Origin: Tubiluchus corallicola
Taxonomy: Eukaryota; Animalia; Priapulida
Assembly: GCA_030141605.1 (NCBI GenBank)
Contig: JAQGDQ010000267.1
Location: forward strand, 248,001-312,000
Direction of reading: 5' to 3'
Length of the DNA stretch: 64,000 nt
Part shown: positions 1-12,490 of the stretch, piece by piece
Layout: each line of letters begins with the position of its first letter
Position numbering within the stretch: the stretch's first letter is position 1
Program-made: the position numbers and the translations under genes
Notes under the pieces: model-generated
Told to the model about the DNA's origin: nothing
Database searches by the model: none
Seen by the model: the letters and a program-made list of their open reading frames with translations, nothing else

Positions 1-511
1 GGTTAGAAATTCTAAAAAAACTTATTTATTTAAAAGTGAACAATAAATTAAACTTACTTATCTTCTTCCCAAGTTCTGTCAGTAACGTTTTATTGATTTT
101 AAAGAAAAATGTGTAAAAAACATCGAAAGCGCACCAGCATTTTACACAAAAACCAAAACAGCACAAGCCGAAATCTTTTTAACTGTCTAGCAGGATGCCA
201 GGTTGTTCGCATTTGTTTCAGACGCTGCAGTATGCGTGACGAGTCTGCTGACACGTAGTTTTTGCTAATAATACTTTTAGTATTTAAGTCCTTACCCACT
301 CACTAGGCTCTGTGTATTTTTAAATCTTAATATAATTTGTTTATCGCTCAAAAATTTATGTAATGCGAAAGACTACAACCATTAAAACAATAAAATAAGA
401 TGAACCCTAAAATAATTATAGCCCATTATGAAAACAATAGGCTTCACTGCACAAGCTCCCATAATTAGCAAATTACTTAAATAATACTAAAGTTCCTTTT
501 TTCACTTATAG

Positions 512-685
512 GCCTACAGGCGAGAATACCTGACTGATATGTGTCATGATGTGTGTTCAGCAGCTACGGTAAATGTGACACTGCACCTGGTCAGTAAGTA
601 TATGGGTGACTGTTTGCTTGTGGCCATTTTCCGTTTGCCACTGAGCGTTCAGGTACTGATATCTTTAAAGGAAATGCTCATTTGA
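512..685 (+). CDS. Possible terminal coding exon of a plus-strand gene that starts before the window (SOCS-box-like ending)
   Basis: Strong acceptor ttccttttttcacttatag| then 57 open codons AYRREYLTDMCHDVCSAATVNVTLHLVSKYMGDCLLVAIFRLPLSVQVLISLKEMLI*. The I..LPL....L ending recalls a SOCS box. No upstream exon could be linked. Confidence 0.35.
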   Translation, partial: AYRREYLTDMCHDVCSAATVNVTLHLVSKYMGDCLLVAIFRLPLSVQVLISLKEMLI

Positions 686-2246
686 ACGTGGCTATAACAT
701 ATCAATGCCAGTGCAGAGTCTCATCTTAGAAGATTATCTAAACAAATAATGAACTTGGTACCACAGCAATTACTTACATTGAGTACCTTTCTCCACTCAC
801 AGAGGGATGAACCGCATCAAAAACAATCTGGCTAGTAATCCACTTCATATATTCACACCATGCAGCATTTGGAAAAACTGACACTATAGCAGAAATTAAG
901 AAACAACATATAAGTTACAGACTGATATGACATCACCACAGAAGTGGAAAGCTTGAATCGACCACAGATATCTTTTTAAGCATTATATACTTTACACTGG
1001 TCATGTAGGGAAAAACATACCTATGTCTCAACCTCATTTCCTATGACATCATGTTACACATGTACACAACTAAAACAATCAGTTGGTTACTACAAGCAAA
1101 ATAACCCTGTAGTGCCGTTGTAACAACAAATATACACTGTGAAAAGGCATCATAGTACAATATGTCAGTAGATGATGTCATATCCTTGGAAACCATGTTG
1201 ATGATTGATCTTCCTGCTATGGCAGAGGTCTTTCCAATGCACACAAATACTTGAATTTCCCAATTTTTAGTTAAATGTTACTTATATCGTTATGCAAGCT
1301 AACCTAGTGAAGAAACTGTTTGAACTACTTTTAAATTTTTGTTCATTTCCTCTATAACATCAACTTTTGTTTTTGCACATTGGATAATTAAATCAAGCAG
1401 GTGTTCATTTTCAAAAATTTCTAAAACAAAGCTCTACTAAACATGTTAAAACAATGAACAGTGGTGATAATGAGAACAACAAGGTTTAATGACAATGGCA
1501 ACAGACAATTCACAACAAACTAGTAAGTGCACAATTTGATGAAACAAAAAAATTATAATTGATGCTCATCAATCTAAAGTTTTAATGGCAGAAATCTAGC
1601 ACAGTTAAAAAAACCATGGCTCATTTATTGGGTGAAAATTAAAAATTAAAAAGATTGACTGAAAAATAATTATCAAGTAACGTCGTACCAGGTTCATGTA
1701 TGGTATTTTACCTGCCACTGTTATATTGGAGAGTATAGATATACCCCTATATTGATAATAGCCATAAACATTATAACAGCTAGAACTACTACAACTTCTT
1801 TTTGAATTATATATAAAGAATTAGTTGGGTTTAATCATCAATACTAAATTTCTTAAGCATCCACATAGCCCTAGCAGCTCACAACAAGTACAAAAAAGAA
1901 ACTATGTAATAAACATACATCAGCACTCTGTAGGAATGGTAAAAATTCAAGTTTTAGACAAAATATGAGCCACTTAACATACATTTTATCTCAGATACAA
2001 TAGATATGCTGGATATGTTAACAAAAATGCTTTTGGTAAACAGCTAATTGGAAATGTCACTTAACTGTTAAATTTAATGCTGCATTGAACCAGTTCACTA
2101 GGTTTCTTCCGGTAAAGATGTTTACATAAAAAATTTTGCTCAAAAATAAAAAAAGTGAGTAAAACTGAACAAACTTGCAATAAGGAAGACTAGATTGCTT
2201 CATTTTGCAAGAGCATAACAAATGGTGCAACTTTGGTCAGTGTCGC

Positions 2247-5200
2247 TTATACATCCACTGTATCGTCAACATTATCTTCCAATTGATGATTTCTTTCATC
2301 CTCTGTTTTTTTTTCTTCATTTTCATGTGAAGTCTTCTTTTCAATTTCTGCAAGGTTTTCGCCAGATCTCTTTTTCAAGATTTCGCTAGAATCCTTCTTT
2401 TCAATTTCTCCTGACAACTTTTTGTCAACTCCTTCACTAACATCACCTGACTCCTTCTTTTTTACTTCTGTCACGACTTCACTAGATTTTCGTCGCTCAA
2501 TTTCATCGGATCGTTTTTTTTCCAGATCAGTTGGTTCTCTCTCTTCCAGGTCACCCGACTTCTTTTTTTCAACTTTTACACTAGTTTCACTTGATTTCTT
2601 TTTTTCAAGTTTACCAGATCCAGTCTTTCCAATTTCACCAGATGTCGTTTTTTCAATTTCTCCAGATATTTTCTTCTCAATTTCACCAGACATTGTTTTT
2701 TCAATTTCTCCAGATCTTTTCTTCTGAATTTCACCAGACGTTGTTTTTTCAATTTCTCCAGATCTTTTCTTCTCAATTTCACCAGACATTGTTTTTTCAA
2801 TTTCTCCAGATCTTTTCTTCTCAATTTCACCAGATGTCGTTTTTTCAATTTCTCCAGATCCTTTCTTCTGAATTTCACCAGACGTTGTTTTTTCAATTTC
2901 TCCAGATCTTTTCTTCTGAATTTCACCAGACGTTGTTTTTTCAATATCTCCAGATCTTTTCTTCTGAATTTCACCAGACGTTGTTTTTTCAATATCTCCA
3001 GATCTTTTCTTCTGAATTTCACCAGACGTTGTTTTTTCAATTTTACCAGATCTTTTTTTCTCGATTTCACCAGATGTCTTCTTTTCAATTTCCCCAGATT
3101 TCTTCCTTCCAATCTCTCCTGATTCCTTCTTTTCGAGGTCGCCTGACATTGTCTTCTCAATTTCGCTTGATTTCTTTTTAACTACTTCAACCGATTTTTT
3201 TCGTTCAGCTTCTATTTCCTTCACTTTGTCTTCTTCTAAACTTGTAAGCTTAGAATCAAAGTCCTCATCTATACCCGACATTGTGTACTCAGACAATTTT
3301 GTACACTTCCAGTGTGAGGTAAGCTGTGGTGGTTGTTCCTCCTCCATCTCATCCTCATCGACTGGAATCTCCTTCACGACATAATCTCCATGCTGTTCGC
3401 ACCCAGTTTCAAATACGTATTTCCCTGGTCCAGCAGGAATGTCATTGACAAATTTGCCCATATACCTGTGGTTTCTGTGAATGATGAGGCAAGTACCATC
3501 ACGCTTACCATTCTCCCACATGCCTATGTATTTGCTACCAGTTTCAGCATGGGTGTAAGTACCCTTACCATGGCGAACATTGTCACGCCACTCTCCCTCA
3601 TAGATGTCACCATTGATATATTTGTATATACCATGACCGTTGCGTTGGTCCTCATTCCAGCTTCCTTCATACTGTGAGCCATCAGGATAGATAAAGGTAC
3701 CTTGGCCATACTTTTTGCCAAATGCATACTCTCCAATGTATCGTGCTTTACTTCGAAACCTGGTAAAGAAAACTGTGAGAATGTTACCTATCTTTAAAAA
3801 AGCACGAATGGTTTAAATACAATGTCACATTCATGCACTTAAATCAGTAATAAATTGTAGGACCTGTTTGCTGAGGTGAGATTGCTGTTCTGAACAGTTG
3901 TGCACAAGAATAGTGTGCCCAAGACAATCATTTCCTCTCCTTCTTTAAAAATAGCTACCAGGCAATATAAGATATTTTTAATTAGTAAATATTCAATGGC
4001 GTAGAAGACCAGAGGTCTTTTCTCTTTTTTGTGCACGTGTGTCTTTTTGCACTAGTGTTTTTCTTTTACTAATAGGTATCTTTACGACTTTTGTTACTTC
4101 AAAATTATTCATTCATCACAGCCTATATCTGTATCTGTTTCCACTTGGAAAATAAGCCATTGAATGCTCTTAGCTTATAGCTAGCACATACCAGTGATAC
4201 AAAAAATTTTGAATGTATTATTGTAGCATTAATTTTGGTATTGAATCACTTACATTCTTATAATTTGCCCCCCCCCTTCCCCATAGCCCATCTTTAATGG
4301 TTATGATGGCTACATTACTACCATCAATTATATCTAAATATTCTATACAATTATAGTTATTACTACAAGTATAATCTCCCCCACTTAAATTTGGGTACAT
4401 ATATGTGTATATGTGTATATGTGTATATGTGTATCGTTGTATATACAAGTAATATGGTGCATTGTAATACAAGTAAGTGGTGCATTGACAGATAATCACA
4501 TAATTCAAATTCGTAACTATTTAAATTTTTTTTCACTCTTTAAGGCTCACACAAAGTCGTAATTACATATAATGTTTTCCTTTCTCAACTTTCAGGTTTA
4601 TTGCTCTTATATAATTGCTATTATTACAACATTATTACATCCTTATTTACATTAAGTTATCTACAGAAGCATGGATAACTATAATCATTTTTTTCATTTA
4701 AGTAAGGTGAGTGTGTTAATGACCGTATGGTCGCACACTCACCTCGCACTACTCAAATTATTTTATTTAAAATTTATTAATGTGTTTGATATTGTATTTT
4801 TTGATGTGTGAAATAAAATTCATAGTTCATAGTGCATTAAATCTGACATTACTAATACAAAGGGTACAATTAAGTGTAGAAGAATGATTTTTTTATATAA
4901 TTGGGGGCTTGAGAAAACTGCATTTTCTCATTTTCTTAAATGTCACACAGCCTGGTTGTGTGAGTGCATATCTGAGACTGAAATAAAATATATGGACACA
5001 AACATAATATTTTCATAAAACTTATAAATTACTTAATATTTACAACAACATAAATATTGGTAGAATGCAGCTATTAGTCAAAACACCTTCACAAATGTGA
5101 CATTTCAGGAACTTGCACGAAAGTTGTTTTATTTTGAATTGAAAACATATTTAGAGATATACTCTAATTTACATAAAAAAATTTTTTTGATGGGTTATTT

Positions 5201-6518
5201 CAAGTAGCAAATAAAACTTCAAGAAAAAGCATGGTTAAGTCCCGACAATCACAAAATGTTCTATGACCAGCTAAGTACACTTTGTTGCAAATGGTCTATA
5301 AATTTTCCCAGAATTTGTTACAAATATGTTCTGTAATTTTGGTAACTAGTGGGAGTTATATGCTAAACACTTTTTAAAGTTGTTACCATCTTTTTACAAC
5401 AGCTGTATTTGGAATTCGTAAAACCTGCTGTTATACAGTTTCTATTCATCTTCCTTCTGAAAAATTGCACATTAATAATGTTAATTTGTGTTCATTATCT
5501 GAGCAACAGGCTATGATGGTGCCAAATTCATGCACATGTTTCCAATCATAGGCAGTTTTTCACAACTATGGACAAGCAAGTAGTATGCCCACCTTTATTA
5601 CAGAAATTTAGGTTCTACACTTATAAATATTATAATGTATACACATACATGTATATGTGTTTCATCAGCACAGTAACAATAAACTGGGTGCAGCAGTCTA
5701 TTGAACATTAGTGGCAGTGTCCGTTAATTGTCCTTGTTTATTTACAAATAATAATTGAAAATGTCTATATAATTTGAATAATTTATTAAATACAACTGAT
5801 AAAATAAAATAATGTTATTCTGAGCTAGTCAATTCAGCAATATTAAATTTGGCATCAAGATAAATCTTTTTGAGGTGAAATAAGGCCACTTTTAGGCAAT
5901 TCCAACATTTGGTTAAGATATATCATCTACTGATATAAGTTAGTATGAGTTAAACACCTGGTCAAGCAAGTTTTCGTGATGCCAAACGGACGGTAACTCA
6001 GCCAACAAGCTTAATAAAATGAAGAAACATACAGAATTTTTAAAAATTTGTCAATATTATCGATGTAAAGTTAAAGATCTCTCAAAGAAATCACCAGTGC
6101 GCTACTTGGGCTACTCACATACAGCACTGGTTTTCCACAAATTTTGCGCATGAGCTTTAGCGCAACTGCCCTACATCGGCTAGGTCACTACTCCGCGCCC
6201 TCGGAAAACTGTACACATGCATCTATTCTAGAAACAAACACAGGTCGCACAGGATTAATTCACAGGCCAAAGCATAAAAGGATGTGATAGATACTTAATT
6301 TTTGACTAATGAACGGTAATAATTACAATATTTTGTAACCTGTATGTTCCTTGCCCATGCCTTTTCCCATGTTCGTATTGTCCCTCGTATTTGTCGCCGT
6401 TGGGTAACGTAGCTTTCCCGAAGCCGTGCCTCTCTTCCTCCTCATTTCTATCGCCTTCATATGTTCCCAGGTTAGGTTCTAGCTCTTCTTCTAAGTCATC
6501 TGACCCAAAATCTGACAT
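2247..6518 (-). CDS. RSPH1: Radial spoke head 1 homolog (MORN-repeat ciliary protein), 563 aa, with repetitive C-terminal extension
   Basis: Exon 1 6518-6340 ([46 protein letters not shown]...GTY AG|gt) joins exon 2 3759-2247 (ttaccag|[12 protein letters not shown]...[11 protein letters not shown]...[17 protein letters not shown]) in frame; 1692 nt. Acidic MSD.GS N-terminus, MORN repeats and GCEQHG motif are RSPH1 hallmarks. Confidence 0.93.
2590..3150 (-). repeat. Coding tandem repeat, 24-bp unit with 48-bp higher-order period, inside RSPH1
   Basis: About 23 regular octapeptides SG(E/D)I(E/Q)K(KR/TT), alternating KKR and KTT endings; degenerate copies continue towards 2330. Confidence 0.95.
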
Positions 6519-6591
6519 TTTGACGAAAATATTGTGTAAAGTTACTAAATTACGAGACAAACACACATTGAAATTATTGCTGGTGATCTCT

Positions 6592-6606
6592 GTTTCTAGT
6601 GACAAC
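6592..6606 (-). promoter_or_regulatory. RFX X-box upstream of RSPH1
   Basis: Minus strand GTTGTC-ACT-AGAAAC fits the X-box pattern GTNRCY-N(0-3)-RGNAAC, ~75 bp 5' of the ATG of a motile-cilia gene. Confidence 0.7.
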
Positions 6607-7499
6607 AAACGTAGCCAAGACGTGTGGCGCGATTGAAGTGTGCTTCCATCGAGCGGCAAGCGTTGAAATCATTGTTCTTGCCAGTAAGCTAATATTGACT
6701 CTAATTTTGCAAACTAGGTTCATTTCAAAAGCGATGTTAAAATTATTAGTTTTCCTACACAAAATGAAACTTTTTATAATTTGTTATCTAGACAGGATAA
6801 CGGTTATGGTTACGTTTTAATCGACTAATAATAGTAGTAGTTTATTGACTCAAAAAGGTCTAACATGATATCATTTATATCTATTCCAATATATGACGGA
6901 TAACTCAGAAAGATTTCATTATTATGGGTTATAAATAGATGCATGTTATTAGAAAATATACATTCTACAGTCAGGAAAAGAACTGCCCGAAATAGAAAAT
7001 TATAAAACAAATAAGTATATCCATAATCTCTAACCTCTCTGCAAACGCTGAGTTTTCTACTGTATGTTCGATGCTAGTACCCTTAGTTATAGATGCCTAT
7101 ATGTTTTTGTTCTACATTGTATTTGTATATACTGTATATAATGCATCAAAAATCGTTATAATTATTGTAGTTAAAGTGCATGGAGAACAGATCATTTGGG
7201 CGTGGCCTCGACAATGAGTCTTCTTTGATTGCTTAGTTACAATATTATTATACTGATTTGTGAAATTTAGCTACTGCAGGTAAACAATTTTTTGTGAACA
7301 CGATCGAGAATTTGCTATATAATGTAAAAAACGCTGCAGCTGAACGAAGTATTTCATGCATTTCAGCACAATAATGCATTTCACAAGCGATGTCATGAAG
7401 AAACTTATAATTATTGTTAATCTTAAAAGTGATAATTATGTGTTAAGCATTTTAGTTCTTTAATTGATCTGCTTTCCTTCTAGTACGTAGCTAGCATTA

Positions 7500-8680
7500 T
7501 ATAAACAACTTAACGACGCATTCCACGTCTATTTTATCTAAAGCATACCAGAAGTCTTTTGTGGGCTATGTGGCATTATGGACATAGCGGTTGACTAATA
7601 TGATGAAGCGAAATTTCTCTAAAAGACTTTCCAGACCCATACCCAACCCATAGCTCTGAAATATTCAGCTGATTGAAGAGTTGAATCGCAAGAAAAACCA
7701 CATCTGTGTCCACTGTTTTTAAATAGGCCTTCTTAAGCCCCTGTTTAATGGCGTGATACAAGTGAAGGATCGTCCGTATGTCTGCTTTTTCCTGTTGACA
7801 AGGAGACAAGTCTGTTACAGCAGCTGCTCTGTTTCTGAGCACAATGTTGGCTTTTATTAGGAGACGATACTTTGAACCAAGGGTATCTTTTATCAAGGAA
7901 CTGAAACAACTCATTTTTGCCATTCAGTTCCGTTTGACAGACGCGTTTTTGCTGAAAACCCTGAAAGTTTCAGCAAAATAATAAAAAAATAAAATAACCC
8001 TGATCATAAAGTTTCCACAAAACAGATAGCTTGTGAGGAAAACAATCAAACTGGACATATGCTGCAAGCTAAGCAGTTACCACAGGATCACAGGGCAGTT
8101 GGTTTGACATTGTTTCTGACTTGGAAATAGGTGCACAAGCAGTGGTCTTGAGCTTTTTATAATATGCTTTGTGATAATGAATATCTGCTGGTTCTGCATC
8201 CTGAGCATTAACTGTAATATTTAACCAAGCATGAGCACCCTGTTCTGAGCTTCCATAGCCGCTTTCAAGAGATTTTCTTCCACAATTAGCACTATCTGCA
8301 GAATACATTGGTTCTTCACAACTCTGCTTCATATTTTTCACTGTAGACACATTGTGAGTTTTTGCTATCAAGAACTTGCATTAAAACTCAACATCTTTTC
8401 TTGGGGGTAAATTATGTTCACTCTCATGCTGCCTTCTTTGCCTCCTCTGCAGTTCTCTCTGCACCATATTAAAGCGAAACAAAGTTCGACATCAATTGTG
8501 ATACATTGCTTTGTTTCTCAGGCATATGTTGACAATTCCTGAATCATCCATTAAACACTTCAAATTCATTACTAGACTCAAGCCAACATCATTTCCGAGA
8601 AACTTCTTTAACTCGTTTTCTAAGGTTTCGTATGCTTTGTGAAGACATTCCATGTTAAATGAAATCTCGAGTCTTCTGTG
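7500..8680 (-). mobile_element. Degenerate transposon-derived ORF remnant with EAD...DTD nuclease-like motif
   Basis: Broken ORFs: CQQEKADIRTILHLYHA...LKTVDTDVVFLAI...LWVGYGSGK (7576-7923) and YH motifs (IHYHKAYY, KAMYHN) upstream; typical of a widespread invertebrate repeat-borne ORF; many stops and frameshifts. Confidence 0.6.
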
Positions 8681-8980
8681 TGACACATATACTTGAAACT
8701 TACTAAACCGTGATGACTATGCAACAAACAACAAGGTGAAATAATCTTTACGCCTACATATAAATTGAGTTGTTTTCTGAGATATCGAATGGGCTCACTG
8801 TTTGCACAAAGGCTTCCCATCACCAGTCAATATGGAATACGCCGTTTGTGCATTTTTTACCAATTGCTTTACAGTTCTAACCAACCTATTATCTGGAATT
8901 GACAATTCAGGTCCGTTCTTTAAAATCCATTAAAGGTGTCCTAACAAAAAACAATGTTATACAATTTGCCTTTTTTGCTG

Positions 8981-9116
8981 CATATATATTAAAGAGGTAG
9001 AATTGATTTCAGTACCAAGATTTTTAAAGGAACCAGAAGATGGGGAGGTGGTCGAATATCAAGCATTTTTATTGGATTGTGTCGTAGCAACTCTGAAACA
9101 TTACAGTGAGTATAGG
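8981..9116 (+). pseudogene. Orphan Ig-domain N-terminal half exon, copy 1 (acceptor mutated)
   Basis: Encodes IKEVELISVPRFLKEPEDGEVVEYQAFLLDCVVATLKHYSEYR then gtaagc donor; same 136-nt length as 10940-11075 but preceded by ctg instead of cag. Confidence 0.6.
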
Positions 9117-9199
9117 GTAAGCATCGTTGCTACTAATTTGCTTTAGATTTAATTGGTATTAACGTGCTGAAAGCTGGACTCATAAATGATTTTTAGCAT

Positions 9200-9465
9200 G
9201 AGTGAGCGATTGAGTGAGTAAGTGAAGATATGATTAACTAAACAATCAAACAAGGAAGCTTGTGAGTGAATGATGGGTGAGTGCGGTGTGAGTGAGTGAG
9301 TAAGCAAGCAAGCAAGTGAGCAAGTAGGTGAGTAATTAAAAAAGTAAATAAATAAATTAGTAATTAAATAAAAAAATAAATAAATAAGTAAGCAAGCAAG
9401 TAAGTAAATTAGTAAGAGAGTAAGTGCGTGAGTAACTGAGTGAGTGAGTGAGTGAGTAAGTGAGT

Positions 9466-9512
<47 letters not shown>

Positions 9513-9603
9513 GAGCTAATGACCAAGCGAGTGAGTGAGTGGTGAGTGTGCAAGTGATCAAGCAAGGGAGTTAATGAGAATGTGGTGAGTTAATGTGTGT
9601 GTG

Positions 9604-9635
<32 letters not shown>

Positions 9636-9650
9636 TGTGTGTGTGTGTCA
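9200..9650. repeat. Compound simple repeats (GAGT, AAGC, AAAT, GA, GT, GCGT)
   Basis: Directly visible; a similar block follows the second Ig exon at 11170-11700. Confidence 0.9.
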
Positions 9651-10939
9651 AAGAAAGTGCGAAATAAACCTTTCGACTGTGACTTTTTCACATTAAGGCA
9701 TTTTGTATAGTAGTATATAAAGTGCATAAAGTTACTTTTCATCAAATGCACAAAATGACTTAGTCAGTACGTGTAATAAATTAAGCAAGCAGTTCAAGTA
9801 AACCAGTGAATTAATTGTTCTATTGGTAATGTGCCATCTCTGACATGCTACTCATTCACGTAGGCCACTTCCCATACCTGGAAAGACTGCCTTCCAAACA
9901 TACACTTTGAATAGGAGCGCCTAATTTGGCTTTTTGGAAACTTACAAAAAGAGTCTTTGAGAGCAGAAATTTAAATGAATCTTATTTTTTATCAAGTTGT
10001 CATATTCTCAGCCTTGCTGTATGTAGCTGTGAAAGTTTAATTCTACATTTATCGTGGTATCAAGCAGCTTGAACTTTGCCCAGCAACAAGCCTTTCCCAT
10101 ATTTCTAAATTTCGAACAAATCTAGTATATTATCAACAGCGCTACCTTGAAAGAGAGAAGGCATCGATTCCATCATATTGAAACACTGTCTTCACTGGTC
10201 ACGACATTGCCATAACTATGCTCAACGGTGAAAAAAACAGAAATCGAAAACCAAGCTTAGCAGTATTCCCACTGGCATCGGTACATCCACAATGGAATTT
10301 TGAAACAGAAAAAGAGAGAAGAAAAGTGGCAACCGGGCAAAATAAAGAATCAACAAAGTCAACTGCACCATCAAAAAGTTTCGAATGCCTTCTTGGTCAA
10401 AAAGTCAAACGTGCACAGCAAATTAAAATGTACCTTGTTCACGCACACACACGCACACGCATACCCACGCACGCACGCACGCACACACACACACACATTT
10501 GTGTATATATATGCATACAGTATTAGCAAACACATAAAAACAGTTGTCAACTTTACAGGGGTCATAGTGTTAATCTGGGGAAATTTTGGGTTCCGGTTAT
10601 TCTGTCATGCAGAAAATTCATCACACAACTTTTGTACTTTCTATGTGACACATAAAAGTAAAACTTGTACAAAACTATGATCAAGATGTCATAATTAATA
10701 AGGTGCAATAATCTTTTTGTGTAAATATAAATTCATTTACTTTATGTGACATCGAATGACTTACTGTTGGCGCAAATGCTCCCATCACCAATCGCTACCG
10801 AATAATACTATTTGTGCATTTTTACCAATTAGCCTACCAATCTGACCAAACTACAATCTGGGTTAAGCTGTATAGATCAATTCTTTAAGATGTGTGTCGT
10901 TACAAAAACCATATGATACAATTTCCTTTTATTTTTCAG

Positions 10940-11075
10940 TACATCTATTAAAGAAGTAGAACTAATTTCAGTTCCAAGATTTTTAAAGGAACCAAAAGAT
11001 GGGAATTGGAGTGAAACGCAAACATTTGTCTTGGATTGTGTTGTGGCAAACCCGAAACGTTGCAGTGAGTGGAGG
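10940..11075 (+). CDS. Orphan Ig-domain N-terminal half exon, copy 2 (intact splice sites)
   Basis: ttttatttttcag|T TSIKEVELISVPRFLKEPKDGNWSETQTFVLDCVVANPKRCSEWR|gtaagc; P.FL.EP.D, L.C.V and W match I-set Ig strands A-C. Confidence 0.6.
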
Positions 11076-11169
11076 GTAAGCATCATTACTATTAATTTGC
11101 TTTAGAATTAATTGGCATATATGTGCTGAAAGGTAGACTAAAATGATTTCGGCATGTTATTAGAGTGTG

Positions 11170-11700
11170 GGGGGGTGAGCGAGTAAGTGAAGGTATGAGC
11201 AAAAGTAAGCAAGTATGCGAGTGATTGAGTGAATGAATAAATGAGTGAGTGAGTGCATGACTAAGTGAGTGAGTAAGTAGGTAGGTAGGTGGGTTGGTAG
11301 GTAGGTAGGTAGGTAGGTAGGTAGGTACGTACGTAGGTAGGTTGGTAGGTAGGTAAGTAAGTAAACAGATAAGTAATTAATTTAGTAGGTAGGTAAGTAA
11401 ATAAGTAAGTGAGTGAGTGAGTGGGTGGGTGAGTAAGTAAGTAAGTAAGTAAGCAAGCAAGCAAGTAAGTAAGTAAGCAAGCAAGCAAGTAAGTAAGTCA
11501 GTAGTTAAGTAAGTAATGTAGCAAGTAAGTAAGCAATAGGTAAATAAATTAATTAGTGTGTGAGTTGGTGAACAAATGAAAGAGTTAGTCAGTGAGTGAG
11601 CATGCAAGTGAGTTGGTGAGTGAGTATGAGTGTATGTCTGCATGTGTGAGTGTGTGAGAAAGTAAGTAAGTAAGCAAGCAAGTAAGTAAGGAAGTAAGGA
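11170..11700. repeat. Compound tetranucleotide repeats (GAGT, AGGT, AAGT, AAGC)
   Basis: Directly visible. Confidence 0.9.
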
Positions 11701-11716
11701 AACAAAGAAACAAGTA

Positions 11717-12124
11717 TTTAGCAACTAATTTATTAAGAAATGAAGTCAGCTCGGAAACAATAACAAGTACTTTACCTACGAAGGTAAAGCCTGCCATTAG
11801 ACTAAACATTCCAAACCATCCTAGTGTGTCGTCAATGTAGAAGACAAAACAGCTCCTATAATTGATGTAACGGCCTATTAAAATAAAATGATTACATAAG
11901 CTACTAAGTGCACACAAGTAAGGACTAAACAATAAAAAATCTTAAGGCTAGTATGCCGGTTGGCGATAGCAATGAAGTTCCAAAAATCATCTAATAGCCT
12001 AATGATGTTAAAGCAGTTTTTTTACTCACACTAAAATAGTTTATCTAGACTACAGATAAGCGCAGTTAGACTAACACTCACATTTGAAACTGCCAGTTTA
12101 TTGAAAATGCTCATTATGAAAACT
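11717..12124 (-). pseudogene. Duplicated fragment of the MFS transporter gene (exon 9 plus flanking introns)
   Basis: Colinear with 32685-33094; about 12 substitutions and two 1-nt deletions by eye. The exon copy 11874-11776 is 99 nt versus 100 nt, so it is frameshifted. Confidence 0.92.
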
Positions 12125-12490
12125 CAATGCGTATGTTTACACTATATGAAAGTGGATAGGTACTTCCATGCAAACATGTGCTACAAAAATAAAATGTTAT
12201 GTTATTAATTAATTTAGTTCGCCTTTTCTGAGTTCAAGATGTAAAGTGTGGTGTCAGGTATACATTCTATTCTATGTACATCATCGCATTCTGTATACAT
12301 TGTATTTTATGTACCTGGTCATATTCTGTATACATTATATTCTATGTACAGTGTGGTATCCGGTATACATTCTATTCTATGTACATCATCATTTGTATTC
12401 TAGATACAAAGTGTCAAAAACGCATAGACTCGTTCCACTTTTAAGTAATTAGGTAGGTATAAATGTGCAAATTACATCTTAGAGAAACTT

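Noticed and set aside
2422-3181. Overlapping long ORFs in other frames and on the + strand of the RSPH1 tail
   Set aside because: By-products of a 24-bp repeat that lacks stops in several frames.
6519-6659. N-terminal extension of RSPH1 in the ORF track
   Set aside because: Starts at a non-ATG codon and crosses the X-box; the MSDFGS start matches the family N-terminus.
10371-10440. Candidate displaced last exon of the MFS gene (LLCTFDFLTKKAF*)
   Set aside because: No phase-compatible acceptor; the exon at 30727-30672 fits properly.
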